Source of the DNA: Lepidodermella squamata
Taxonomy: Eukaryota > Animalia > Gastrotricha
Direction of reading: 5' to 3'
Length of the DNA stretch: 64,000 nt
NCBI GenBank assembly: GCA_047495785.1
Contig: JBLDXI010000033.1
Span: forward strand, 868,001 to 932,000
In this document: one piece after another, positions 10,905 to 22,056 of the stretch
Layout: each line of letters begins with the position of its first letter
Numbering within the stretch: position 1 is the first letter of the stretch
Translations under genes and position numbers: made by a program
Notes under the pieces: generated by a model
The model's database searches: none
Told to the model about the DNA's origin: nothing
Seen by the model: the letters and a program-made list of their open reading frames with translations, nothing else

Positions 10905-11410
10905 TTTAACGACGCTTACGATATCCTCTATCGAACCTCTATCGAACTCGGATAACTGGGAAATTCATTTTCTTGCAAGTATTGTCGGTATTGCTGTCAA
11001 GGCTTGGATCACGCTACGCTTTTATTATACATATGCATATGGTTTTACTCTGAGCCGAGAAGCTTACCACTGGTGATATCCGAATATATGAGAATTTACG
11101 TGGGCATATGAGTGGTACCAGGATGCATTAGAGACATGCTCTTGGAACAGTTCAAAATCACGTTCTAGATTGCGTGGTGGAATGGACGGGCTGAAGAGTT
11201 TTCAACTCGAAATTCTATACTTCTGGTGGGCTGAATTTGATAGATTTTGCAAAGATAGATTTTCATACGGAACGTGATACTTGCTGTGAACGATCCAAAA
11301 CGATAGAAGTTGACTTGATTGGATTGAGAATAGGTTCAGGTACTCCAGAATTCTACTCACAAGCTGCCAAGCAGCGGACGCCGAAATTAGGCTTGCGAGA
11401 GCTTTAATGA
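10905..11410 (+). pseudogene. Degraded, internally deleted class C GPCR VFT fragment
   Basis: Colinear DNA blocks match GPCR5/GPCR3, e.g. atcgaactcggataactggg (YRTRITG), atgctcttggaacagttcaaaatcac (MLLEQFKIT) and ggacgccgaaattaggcttgcgagagct (TPELGLREL), with stops, frameshifts and deletions. Ends approximate. Confidence 0.8.
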
Positions 11411-12795
11411 AACAGTTTAGAAAACCGACATTCCGAAGAATATTCCTCTTGCACCTCTAACCTAAAATAAGTGAGCCCTATGCTAACAAAGGGAACTATA
11501 ATTCTCGCGCTACATATTTTATTTGAATGTTTTGCATGGAAAAAATCGATCAGTTTAAAACGCGGAAAAGTTCTACGTCCATTTTGTAGCTTAAGGAGGT
11601 TTGTGCCAGAAGAGCTCAGTGATCACTGCGTTCTCTACGCCTGACAATGAACTCGTAAATAAGACTGCATTTTAACCCTAAGAGACAACAAAGCAGGTGA
11701 CAGACCATTCAAGTTCCGAGGTAGTTAATTGCAAGGAAGTCGATGAGGAGGCAGATTTCTCTCGTATGCACTCTGGTGTGAGAACCCATGCGTCCATGGC
11801 CTTGTTTTGTTCTGCAAGGCAACGATGCACGAAATCTCAGCCCACGAAGTTTATCAATCCGGTTTCAAAGAGACAGGTTTTCCTCAGAGCGAAATTCGAT
11901 GCTATAGCTCGCGTGTATTTAGCGGGAGCGTTGCAACTGCTCATCGCGTTTCCATTTCGAATTCATGGCTCGTAGTATGAAATAACTTGAAACGTATGAA
12001 CCTGTTGTAGGTTTGAACGGCCACTCGAGTGCGAATCAGCAAACCCACGTGAAAGTCGCGATAATTTTGCTTTTTGCTCCAGCAAAATGAAATTACGTGG
12101 AGAATAAAAGTCACGGGTATGAATCGGAAGTGCATAAAATTTTCTGTTTTCAACCATTACTTGGGACCGTAACTTCAGAACTATGGGGAAGTTAATTATT
12201 TGAATATTGAGCTCTAACAACAGGAAATAGGCGTACATAGCGTACATTGTACAGGGTACATATTCTTCCCACGAAAATTATACACCGATTGAAACTCAGT
12301 TCAAGGTTCATTCAATCTGATGAAAACAAGAAACTTACGAATAACTTTTAATCGACCAAAAACCTATGGAAATCCTTGCTTTGATGATCTTTTCCTTTCA
12401 ACTTGTGTGCAGCTTGAAAGCTGAAATCCCCAATCAATCGGTGAGTATTCATCCGACAGGAAATGAGATAAAAAACGGTGATTGCCCTCGACCTTCTAAC
12501 TCATGTCACGGATCTTTAACTTTTCTCAAACCTTAGTAGGTAAATTAATCTATAGCAATACTTAATCTTTAATTTATCTATAACTGCAACGTTAATATGG
12601 ATATCATCTCCATTTAGAAAAATCCTGCTGTCGATAATTACCCAAATATTAGCCAGGCTCCGAAAGCGCTGAGGTGTAAGTAGCTGAATGCGCTGTATTA
12701 GATCGTGATCCTCTACATATCAATGCCCAAGTTATTTTGAGCGCTCTTTCTTTAAAAAAGTTTCAAAAATTAATGTCTAAAATATATTTTAGAAA

Positions 12796-15069
12796 ATGAT
12801 TCGACTGTTATTTTTCTTGGCAATGTGCTGCCTACCCATCTTTTATGCTGCAGAGCGAAGCAAACTTTCTGTACTGGTCCTGATACCGCAAACAGGGAAT
12901 GAGCCGCAGAACGGAGATGGATGTCGCTTCGCAGTTCAAGTGGCGTTCGATACTGTGAACGAAAATAAGGACATTCTGCAGGATTTTCAGATCAAGGCAA
13001 GCTTCGCAGATGAAGGACCTGGCGGAATGCTAGCCACTCGAACTGCAATTCAGTTTCGCCGGAACAACAGCAACAACGAATATCAGTCGCCTCTGTTGAT
13101 TGGCCCTCTCTTCGCAACTGGCGGTGCCGCTCTTGCCGCTGCTGTTCACCACTTGGATATGGTCCAACTCGCTACAGGGGTGAATAACCCTCAAACTACA
13201 GCGAATCGGCGTCTCTACCCGAATTTTTACCGAACTCGAATAACAGGAGAGCTCGTTGCTTATGCTCAGATGCGTTTCATCCGTGACGTTGGCAAGTGGA
13301 ATCGCTTCGGGATATTGACTTCAGTTAACAGCGCTTTCGACCTAGCCCTTGCTACATTTCTTTACAAGGTTGCTAATGACAATGGTTTCAATATATCCTA
13401 TTTCGGCACAGTAACTGATGTCGCGGACGAAACAATTGAAGCTTTGAAAGCATCTGACACGCGCATTCTCGTCATTGATAGTGGGGTTGCTATATTCGTG
13501 AACAAGGCCCTGTGTATGGCTCACATGGCCGGACTGACGGGGCCGCGGTATGCTTTCATCATTCCAACTGGTTCATACTCAGAGCCGAGGAATCTACCGC
13601 AAAGCATCGCTAATGCCCCAGGTTGCACGCGAGAAATGCTTCTCGATCAATTCAAGGCAACAATATGGATATCGTGGGCGAACGGACCTGCTAATGAATA
13701 TGCCGATCCGTGGCTGAAAACCTCAAGTGGGACAACGCTGCAGGATTTTGAAATTCGATATCAGAATGTGACAGGCGACAGGACCCCGCTTGATGCCATT
13801 CGCCGTTACCATTGCTATGACACGGGGCTTGAAGCTGCTATGATCCTTGACTCAGCCGAGCGAAAATTGCGCGAGAAAAACTTGTCCTTGTCAGATTTCG
13901 AAACGAATTCAAGAGAAGTCATGTTGGCTGTCAATGAGTCTACTCTCAACGTAAAGTTCTTCGGGTTGAGAATCGGCAAGTTCGAGTACTCTGCTAGAGG
14001 GGAGCCTGACTCTGATGCTCAAGGAGTTATTCAATGGACCCCTCAAACTGGCTTGAGAGATCTTTCGGTGATCAGTGCAGCGGCTAATTCTTCGATTTAC
14101 AACTTCTCAAGCTATGCGATGAAAGAGTACCGCAAGCCGAAGTGGTTTACGCCCGATGGTAAGCCTCCTCGAGATGGGCCAATCGTTGAAGTCGTAGCCC
14201 AGCGTATTCCTGATGAACTCTCGTGGACCCTTCTGGCTACAAGTGGTGCGATTGCGATTTGGCATACGTACCTGTATGTCAAGCCGGTAATGAAAAGCAG
14301 CAGCGAAAAAATCGCTTGGATGACTCCATGCCGCTCTATTCTTTTCTTTGGTTGTTTGTTTATCGACTTCGCCTGTGGCCTCTTTGCCTTTTCTTACCCT
14401 GTTGGATCTATCGTGTTATGTATCCTTCAAGTAATCGCCCCAGCGCTAGGAATCGGCATTATAATTTGTTTCTGCTTCGCTCGTCTTGAAAAAGCAAGAC
14501 GAAAACCAAACATTCGTGAACGTAAAAAATCCGTAAGGCTTTCATCAAAAAGATCGACAAACGCAGGGCCATGCAACGACGAAGTTAGATCAATGAGAAG
14601 TGGCGTTTCCTCGGTTTCTTATGTGAAAGAAATTACTGATTATAAATTCGAAATGGTTAGCTTATTGACGATATTATTGCTGCTTTCACCCGTGTTAGTT
14701 GCCTGGAATATTTCGGAGAAACCTGCCTTCGAAACAAGCATTTTATTCGAGTCTTACGATGCGGGAAGTGACACTTTCATTGTCATCAAGGCAGGTCAGT
14801 GCACGTCTGGAAATCAAGTAGGATGGGTGTTCGCTTTGTTGATCAGCTACATAGTTATGCTACTGTGGTCTGCTTTTTCAGCTTACGTAACTCGAAAAAG
14901 TCCCGAACTCAAGTATGAGCGCATCGCTGTTTTAAATGTAATCGTCATGATTATGGCAGCGGTGTTAATCAGTGTTACTCTTGCCTCGCCTGATGGAAGA
15001 ATGATTTGCTTTGCAATTGTTAGTGTCATTATATCACTCGGCTCTGGGACACTTTTGATTCCCCAGTAG
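12796..15069 (+). CDS. Class C GPCR, GABA-B-like, GPCR2
   Basis: Signal peptide + VFT + 7TM; ends LLIPQ* right after TM7. Confidence 0.9.
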   Translation: MIRLLFFLAMCCLPIFYAAERSKLSVLVLIPQTGNEPQNGDGCRFAVQVAFDTVNENKDILQDFQIKASFADEGPGGMLATRTAIQFRRNNSNNEYQSPLLIGPLFATGGAALAAAVHHLDMVQLATGVNNPQTTANRRLYPNFYRTRITGELVAYAQMRFIRDVGKWNRFGILTSVNSAFDLALATFLYKVANDNGFNISYFGTVTDVADETIEALKASDTRILVIDSGVAIFVNKALCMAHMAGLTGPRYAFIIPTGSYSEPRNLPQSIANAPGCTREMLLDQFKATIWISWANGPANEYADPWLKTSSGTTLQDFEIRYQNVTGDRTPLDAIRRYHCYDTGLEAAMILDSAERKLREKNLSLSDFETNSREVMLAVNESTLNVKFFGLRIGKFEYSARGEPDSDAQGVIQWTPQTGLRDLSVISAAANSSIYNFSSYAMKEYRKPKWFTPDGKPPRDGPIVEVVAQRIPDELSWTLLATSGAIAIWHTYLYVKPVMKSSSEKIAWMTPCRSILFFGCLFIDFACGLFAFSYPVGSIVLCILQVIAPALGIGIIICFCFARLEKARRKPNIRERKKSVRLSSKRSTNAGPCNDEVRSMRSGVSSVSYVKEITDYKFEMVSLLTILLLLSPVLVAWNISEKPAFETSILFESYDAGSDTFIVIKAGQCTSGNQVGWVFALLISYIVMLLWSAFSAYVTRKSPELKYERIAVLNVIVMIMAAVLISVTLASPDGRMICFAIVSVIISLGSGTLLIPQ

Positions 15070-16701
15070 CAAATGGTGTATTTCTTGACAACCTCGGTGT
15101 TTACGATACTCAGTTTGCTCGTTGTTTTTTATCGCAATGGTTTATCAGTATGGTGTTATGGTCTTTGTTGTAGATTGTTCAGGCTATTTTACAAAAGTCC
15201 AACTATGAATGATTTTCAAAAGCTAACATCGTTTGAAGAGAAAGGCAGATACTGCGGTGTAGGTACGTTGTTGAAACTGTTCAGTAAAATTTAGTCATCT
15301 CAGTAACAATTATATATATTTATTTTGTAATGTTCGGCATGATAGAACTCAACATTAACATAGCAGCCACTTGTCGGGGAAAATAGCATAGTGAAATCGC
15401 CTGCTCAGAATGGAAACGAACATGCGTACATAATTTTGATTTTTGAAATGAAAGATGTTCCAGCGCTTTACTATTATGTCTCAGCCTACGAGCATAACGT
15501 GCGTGAGAAACATGAAGTAAGGGTTAGAGTAGGTATTTTATTGGCTTCCAGAAGATTAATTGCATTGAAGGAAATGCGATATTATCATATATTAGCCAAA
15601 AACTCAGACATCGCCAAACCCCCTCGACTTTCGGGTTAAAATGCATAAGGTACACCTATTAGCAATTTAATGAAATAAATACTTCGCCGGCTTCGCGCCT
15701 CCTTCGACAACCGGCATTCCTTGCATCTATAATTTGAGAAATTGCAGATAGTTTTCACATTAGAATCTATAATCTATCCCTGGCACTGCTCAGTTTTATT
15801 TTATGGGCGCATGGCTTTCATCACAATGGGCTAAATAACTTCAGGTTAGTTTTCAGGTGAAAGGTTACAATTAGTCAAACGTCTTTGTTTTTGCCGTTTT
15901 ATTTACGTAAAAAGGCATATAACGTTCCAGCAGCCTTCTTAAAGGTAGCTTGGATAGGCATTAGACAATTCAAGTTGAACTCTAAACGCTAGCATTGTTA
16001 GTGATCTTTCAGATTTTAGATGTTACTGCCGCAGACAACAAGCATCCGATCAGCATCTGATTCGGCGAAAGCGAAAGTTTGACTATTCGAACGTTTGCGG
16101 GAAAACATGTTATTGACATGCTGTAGATTGTTTGCAATCACGCGCAAGCTTTTCTCAAGTTAACGTTGTGCCATGTGAGAACGGAAACAGATATATTAAA
16201 CTATTAAGGTCAGCTCGGCCTCCGTGCTACTTTCCGCGCTACTTGTCTGGGAATTTTCTATGAAAAGGAACTTTCGCATTTTTAGTATATTATTTGCATT
16301 GTTCAGAGAGTTCAACATCTCGAATCAGAAGAATTCATTTGAAGGAACAAGTCTGAAAACGTGGGCGAAACGGAAGAATCGGCGTACTCCTCGGATACTA
16401 TAGTGGCGTGAAATATTACTTGCGCTATCATAGTTCGAGGACAACTAAAGGTTAAAAGTCATAGTTTTATTTTGCAAATTGCACGTTTGAAGTTAACGAT
16501 TTTTAGTGTTAGCACACCTATATCATATTATTGAGAACGTCCAGGTACATGTGTTATGAGCCTAATGATCCTAATCAGCCTAATCACCAGAGCTTAGAAC
16601 AGAGAGTCGGTTTGAAATCAGAAAGTGCTAGGCAGAGAAGGCTATGTATTGCCGCTTGCAGTTCTCTATATTTGTAATTTTTAGAGGCAGCTTTGTTTGA
16701 A

Positions 16702-18969
16702 ATGAAGGTTGCTCTGTTACTGGTGCTATCAGCGATTTCGAATGCAGAGGCTAACAAGAAAGACACACTAGGTGTAGCAGTGCTCATTCCAAGGACTGGC
16801 AACGAGCCGCAAAATGGCGATGGATGCCGTTTCGGTATACAAGTCGCATTCGAAAGCGTGAACAACAATACCAGCATTTTGCCTGATTACCGCATTGAAC
16901 CAATTTTTATCGACGAAGGACCCGTTGGGACGCTTTCTCCACGCCACGTCACGCAATTTCGGCGCGACTTCACACATGTTTATCAATCACCATTAGTGGT
17001 TGGGCCACTGTACGGAACAGGGGGCGTCGCTTTAGCTGGGATGATCCATCATCTCGACATGGTTCTTCTCACCCATGGTGTAAATGTACCTCAAGTCAAC
17101 GGGAATCGTCGGTTGTATCCAAACATCTATCGTACCCGTATTAGTGGTGAATTGGTCGGTTTTGCCCAACTGCGCTTCATGCGCGACATTGGCAAATGGA
17201 ACAGGTTCGGCATTATAACAAATGTAGCCAATTCGTTTGACACAGCTATGGCCCTGTTCCTGTATAAAGCTGCGAATGACAACGATTTCGAGGTGTCGTA
17301 CTTTGGGATAGTTGGCGATATCACCGAAGAAACAGTGAACTCTATCAAATCTTCCGACACGCGTATCATCGTGGTCGCAGCTGGCACGCCAACTTTCGCC
17401 AGCAGGTTCCTGTGCCTGGCATACTTCGCAGGATTGAATGGTTCTCGTTATGCTTTTGTAATCCATGCTGGTTCATACGCCGAACCGAGAAGCTTACCTC
17501 CGAGAATAGCCTCGGCCCCAGGTTGTACAAGGGAGATGCTTTTAGAACAATTCAAAATTACAATATGGATAGCATGGTCTAACGGACCTGCGAACGAGTT
17601 TTCTGACCCGAAATTCAAAACCACCGGCGGAATAACTCTGCGAGAATTCGAAGCACGGTACCAAGAGCTAACCAACGGAACCACGCCATTAGACTTCATA
17701 CGAAGGTTTCAATGCTACGATCCAGGACTCGCGGCTGCTCTAGCTCTCGACGCAGCAGAACGAAAACTTCAATTACAGAACAGTTCACTGAAGGATTTTA
17801 AATATGATCAAAGAGGAGTGATGTTTGCAGTGAACGAATCAATCGTGAAGCTAGAGTTCTTCGGTCTTAGAAACGGCAGGTTCAAGTATTCGTCTCGGGG
17901 TGAGCCAGATTTCGATTCGCAATCAGCCATGCAGTGGACACCGGAAAACGGCTTGCAAGAGCTGTATGGAATAAGTTCTATAGAAAATTCTTCGATTTAC
18001 GCATTCCCCGGTTACGTGATGAAAGAGTTAAGGAAACCCTCCTGGCTTACTGGCGACAGAAAACCACCTCGAGATCGGCCTATAATCTTGATTAGCACAA
18101 GGCGCATTCCCATGGAGTTTTCCTGGACTCTTATGTCAGGATCCGGTGCGATTGCGATTTGGCATACGTATTTGTTCACGAAGTCATTTTTCAAAAGCGG
18201 CAAAACAATTGCCTGGCTGATTCCGAGTCGAGTGATCCTGCTGATTGGCTGTTTGCTGATCGACTTGGCGTCTAGTCTCTTCGCTTTCTCATACAAAGAT
18301 AGTTCATCCGCGCTTTGTATTCTCCAAAGTATTGCGCCATCACTGGGAATCGGGATTACCATTTCATACTGTTTCGCCCGCCTCGACAAGGCGAGACGAC
18401 AATTACAGAAAAGTAAAGGTAGAAGAAATGGGGCATTGTACGCGACAGCTGCTATGACTACATACCATGAAGACGTGAAATCAACGAAGAGTAATGCATC
18501 TTATGTTGCAGAACTAGGGAAATCTTCTAATTTCAAATTTGAAACAGCGTGCATGCTGACCTTCTTGATCACCGCTTCAATTTATTTGGTTGTTTGGAAC
18601 GTATCGGAAAAGCCAACTTACATCATAAATACTCTGTCCGAGTCTTACAACGCAGGAACTGATACCTTCTTGGTCATCAAGGCAGGTCGATGCTTGTCGG
18701 GAAATCAAGTCAAATGGGTATCCGCTTTGTTGATTGCTTACGTTTTCATGCTTTTGATTTCCACTTTCGCTGCATACGTCACGCGCAAACGTCCTGATCT
18801 CAAGTACGAACGCTTCACTGTGTTAAATTTGCTGGCGATGATCATTGCTGCAGTTCTAATCTGCGTTACTTTGGACTCTCCTGATGGCATAATGATATGC
18901 TTCGCGTTCGCTGGCCTAATTATTTCACTCAACTCCGGGACCCTCCTGCTCATGCCGAAACGAGTGTAA
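16702..18969 (+). CDS. Class C GPCR, GABA-B-like, GPCR3 (apparently chimeric)
   Basis: First ATG 16702 (MKVALLLV signal peptide); VFT + 7TM; ends LLMPKRV*. Confidence 0.9.
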   Translation: MKVALLLVLSAISNAEANKKDTLGVAVLIPRTGNEPQNGDGCRFGIQVAFESVNNNTSILPDYRIEPIFIDEGPVGTLSPRHVTQFRRDFTHVYQSPLVVGPLYGTGGVALAGMIHHLDMVLLTHGVNVPQVNGNRRLYPNIYRTRISGELVGFAQLRFMRDIGKWNRFGIITNVANSFDTAMALFLYKAANDNDFEVSYFGIVGDITEETVNSIKSSDTRIIVVAAGTPTFASRFLCLAYFAGLNGSRYAFVIHAGSYAEPRSLPPRIASAPGCTREMLLEQFKITIWIAWSNGPANEFSDPKFKTTGGITLREFEARYQELTNGTTPLDFIRRFQCYDPGLAAALALDAAERKLQLQNSSLKDFKYDQRGVMFAVNESIVKLEFFGLRNGRFKYSSRGEPDFDSQSAMQWTPENGLQELYGISSIENSSIYAFPGYVMKELRKPSWLTGDRKPPRDRPIILISTRRIPMEFSWTLMSGSGAIAIWHTYLFTKSFFKSGKTIAWLIPSRVILLIGCLLIDLASSLFAFSYKDSSSALCILQSIAPSLGIGITISYCFARLDKARRQLQKSKGRRNGALYATAAMTTYHEDVKSTKSNASYVAELGKSSNFKFETACMLTFLITASIYLVVWNVSEKPTYIINTLSESYNAGTDTFLVIKAGRCLSGNQVKWVSALLIAYVFMLLISTFAAYVTRKRPDLKYERFTVLNLLAMIIAAVLICVTLDSPDGIMICFAFAGLIISLNSGTLLLMPKRV

Positions 18970-19101
18970 ACGAATGTATTAGCCGCACAGCTAATTTGAG
19001 GAATCTTTAAGCTAAACTATGCCCGCTGTTTTCTATTCATTGTTTTATTCATTGTCTGTCTTTGCCAGAAGATGGACACTTTGCCGAAAGGTGGATATAG
19101 G

Positions 19102-19235
19102 TAAGGGTCCCCCCTTATATCGCTAAAGTTTCCGCAGGTGCCAGGGAAAAAAGCATAAGGGTCCCCCCTGTGGTCAAGCTTCGAGCCCTCGGGCTCGAAG
19201 CAGGGACAATCCCCCCGTCCCCCCGCCATCTTCGA
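19102..19235. repeat. GC-rich repeat/hairpin element, possibly a transposon remnant
   Basis: TAAGGGTCCCCCCT occurs twice; perfect 11-bp stem GCTTCGAGCCC-TC-GGGCTCGAAGC at 19178-19201. Confidence 0.45.
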
Positions 19236-19563
19236 CATTGAGCTCAAAAAAGCTGGCCAAGCTGGAAATATTTTTTGACGATCGTTCACATACATCGTTC
19301 ACATACATTTATTTGCGCAAAGTTTGATAACATACATATTATCTAAGCGTCGTTTATTAGTCTTAATACGGCGTGATGTTGTTTCCGGGATCGTCTACAC
19401 CTGATACTTGTAATTTATTGCAATAATATTTATAGTGCGGCATTATTAATAAATAATTAGGTAGTACGAAAGGGAAAAACAGCGTGACTGCCTACACCAG
19501 GCGTTACCTTTGACAAACATTGATTCGTCCATATTCAACCACCGGGGGTATTTTGACATATAT

Positions 19564-22056
19564 TTAATGATGTTCGAACATACGCTTCGGGGTCTTATAG
19601 CACAAGCTCAGGCAGCAAGTCGCTGACAAGATGATGCAAACGGAAGAAACAGCCATATACTGCTGAATTTGATTGTTGAGTGTTAACAGAATAAGTATCG
19701 TACAGAGCAGCAGGGAAAAGGCGTTCAGCCCTCCTATCATCACGCCTGTGATTTCCGAACAAACGACGTCGACCTGCGATTTCAATCCCTGTTTACAATG
19801 ATAAGCCTGATACGTGCCGTATGCTAACAGAAGTACGTGGATCATGGCCAGGCAAATCATCCAAAGCATACTATTCTCCGTTGAACAAACGACTTCAGAA
19901 ATTTCGTAAAAAGTATCGCTTATCGCGTCGTAGTTCTCATTTATGGGGGCATGATATATCGAGCAGGAGAATGCGCCAAAAACTAGCCAGCATGCAAGTA
20001 ACCCTCCATTGAGTGCCACAAAAATAAAGGTGGAGAAAATGACTTTCTTTTCAATGCCAAGCTCATGCTCTTTCGTTGGAAGAACAGGTTGTTGAATAGA
20101 TGAGGCTATCATCAGAGAATGATTTGATGCCGTTTTTACAACAGTCAAATTCAAACTATGAGAAGAAGGCCTTTTAAGATTCGCATCTAAGCCTACCGAT
20201 TTAACTCTGACTAATTGTTGATGATTCAACTGTGGAGAAGGGCTTCTACTTGGGGCTTCGCAGTTAGAAGCTCGGGCGATGTTAACTTTCGGCTTTGATT
20301 TTGCACTTTTGCCATGACGGAAAGCTTTAAACATTCTAGAATGAGAGGGCAATCTTCCCGCCAAAGCAGTCGCTCGAAATGCCATAACACCACTTATGAT
20401 CGACACGGAAAACATTAGCAGGGCGATCCTAACTACTGCGACTGCAAATGCGTCCTGGCTGGTTTTCAAGGTAAAAGCTATTGCAGCTGCATTCAGAGCT
20501 AAGCAGCCTAGACAGCCAATCACCTTGATTTTCGGCGAAACGGCCTTTTCCCGATGTCTAATTGCCATGGCTAGAAGGGTAATCTCAAAGAAGGAAATGA
20601 TTCCAACTATAATTCTGATAGCAAGGGCAGCATAATCCGGAAATTCCTTTTTCATTGACACCGTGAATGCTCGATCTCTAGGGGGACGACCTTTATTTTT
20701 CCAAGCTGACCAGTCCATGGGTTCCACCTTCAGAACTTTGTATCGACCGTAGAACATGTAATCTTTAGTTGAGTCGACTTCGACTGACAAATATTTTGTC
20801 CGATAGCCGTCCTGGCCGAGGTAAGCGTACTGTATAGGGTCATTTTCGCTATAGCCACGTTTGCTAAACCTCATTTGACCCCTCAGACCGGACACATTTA
20901 CATTTAGAACAGATTCGTTGACGATTTTCATGACGAAGGTCGGATTGGTGTTCATATCTCGAAGTGACATGTCATACTCAAGCTTTAACCGATTATTAGC
21001 GTTATGCATCGCATATATAGCGACAAGTGTTGCGTCATGGCAAATGTATTTCAATGAGCCAGCCGTTGCCGATCTTGGTTTTTGTAACATGCCAGTCAAT
21101 CGCTCCTCGAAAGCAGTCGTATCGTAACCTAGTTCACTCTTCCAGCTGTCGTCAATCACCTGAGTCATAGAGCCGTAAAAAATTGTGTATCGGATTTGCT
21201 CACGGATGATTTTTTTGTTGCACCAAGGATCCACAATGTTGCTAGGATTAATGTTGTTAGGTTCCCCCGCGAGATTGTTACTCAGAAAAAACAGATATCT
21301 CGGTCCAGTTATGCCAGCTAAGTAACATTTACAAAGGAATGTCCAAAGAATAGTCTCTTGTGAGATTAACACAGCTATTATCCTGATGTCATGGAAAAGT
21401 ATCTCGTTGAGTGAATCGTCTGTAATGTCGAGGACAATGCTGAATGATGGCACGAAAATTCCGCTTCGAGTTGCATATCTCTCAGTGTAAACCGCCGTTA
21501 AATAATCGTTAGGAAACGCTGCTAGTGTTATTATCCCGATTCTTGACCATTTGCCGACATCTTTCAAGAAGTGAATCAACGATATTGCGAATAATTCACC
21601 ATTAGACTGGACCGGGTACAAATTCGGGTAAGCAACGTGGTCGGCAAAATTCGGAGCAGTGCAACCTATCGCAAGTCCAACAACGTCGAAGTATTTCAGA
21701 GGTTTGCCGAGAGGTTTACATCCAATCGAAAAGAAAGGACCGAGGAAGACCGGGGATCGAATGTTGATACCGTCATCTACTCGATTTTCCCACGCGCGGC
21801 CATAGCTGACGAGTTCGCGAATCGGGGTGTATCCCAGCCAGTATCCTTCCTCGTCACGGTAGTCGGGTACAATATTGTAGTCGGATAAAATATCAGATCG
21901 ATTGTTCACATTATCTATGGCGATTTTGACAGCTTCCGAGCATCCTGGGTGAGGAATTGGAAATACCTGAAGCATCGAAAGGTTGTACTTTTTCGACAAT
22001 TGACAGCTTGTTGGGCAGAGAATAGATAGAAGAAAGACTGACCCAAGCAATTTCAT
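19564..22056 (-). CDS. Divergent class C GPCR, GABA-B-like, GPCR4
   Basis: Likely start MKLLGSVFLL (ATG 22056); VNNRSDILSDY, YPNLY, WSRIGII, PPRD, 7TM with a very long Ser/Lys-rich ICL2 and a short tail. Confidence 0.85.
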   Translation of the reverse strand: MKLLGSVFLLSILCPTSCQLSKKYNLSMLQVFPIPHPGCSEAVKIAIDNVNNRSDILSDYNIVPDYRDEEGYWLGYTPIRELVSYGRAWENRVDDGINIRSPVFLGPFFSIGCKPLGKPLKYFDVVGLAIGCTAPNFADHVAYPNLYPVQSNGELFAISLIHFLKDVGKWSRIGIITLAAFPNDYLTAVYTERYATRSGIFVPSFSIVLDITDDSLNEILFHDIRIIAVLISQETILWTFLCKCYLAGITGPRYLFFLSNNLAGEPNNINPSNIVDPWCNKKIIREQIRYTIFYGSMTQVIDDSWKSELGYDTTAFEERLTGMLQKPRSATAGSLKYICHDATLVAIYAMHNANNRLKLEYDMSLRDMNTNPTFVMKIVNESVLNVNVSGLRGQMRFSKRGYSENDPIQYAYLGQDGYRTKYLSVEVDSTKDYMFYGRYKVLKVEPMDWSAWKNKGRPPRDRAFTVSMKKEFPDYAALAIRIIVGIISFFEITLLAMAIRHREKAVSPKIKVIGCLGCLALNAAAIAFTLKTSQDAFAVAVVRIALLMFSVSIISGVMAFRATALAGRLPSHSRMFKAFRHGKSAKSKPKVNIARASNCEAPSRSPSPQLNHQQLVRVKSVGLDANLKRPSSHSLNLTVVKTASNHSLMIASSIQQPVLPTKEHELGIEKKVIFSTFIFVALNGGLLACWLVFGAFSCSIYHAPINENYDAISDTFYEISEVVCSTENSMLWMICLAMIHVLLLAYGTYQAYHCKQGLKSQVDVVCSEITGVMIGGLNAFSLLLCTILILLTLNNQIQQYMAVSSVCIILSATCCLSLCYKTPKRMFEHH

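Noticed and set aside
11690-12250. Short ORFs between the GPCR pseudogene and GPCR2
   Set aside because: No recognisable motif or consistent spliced frame on either strand.
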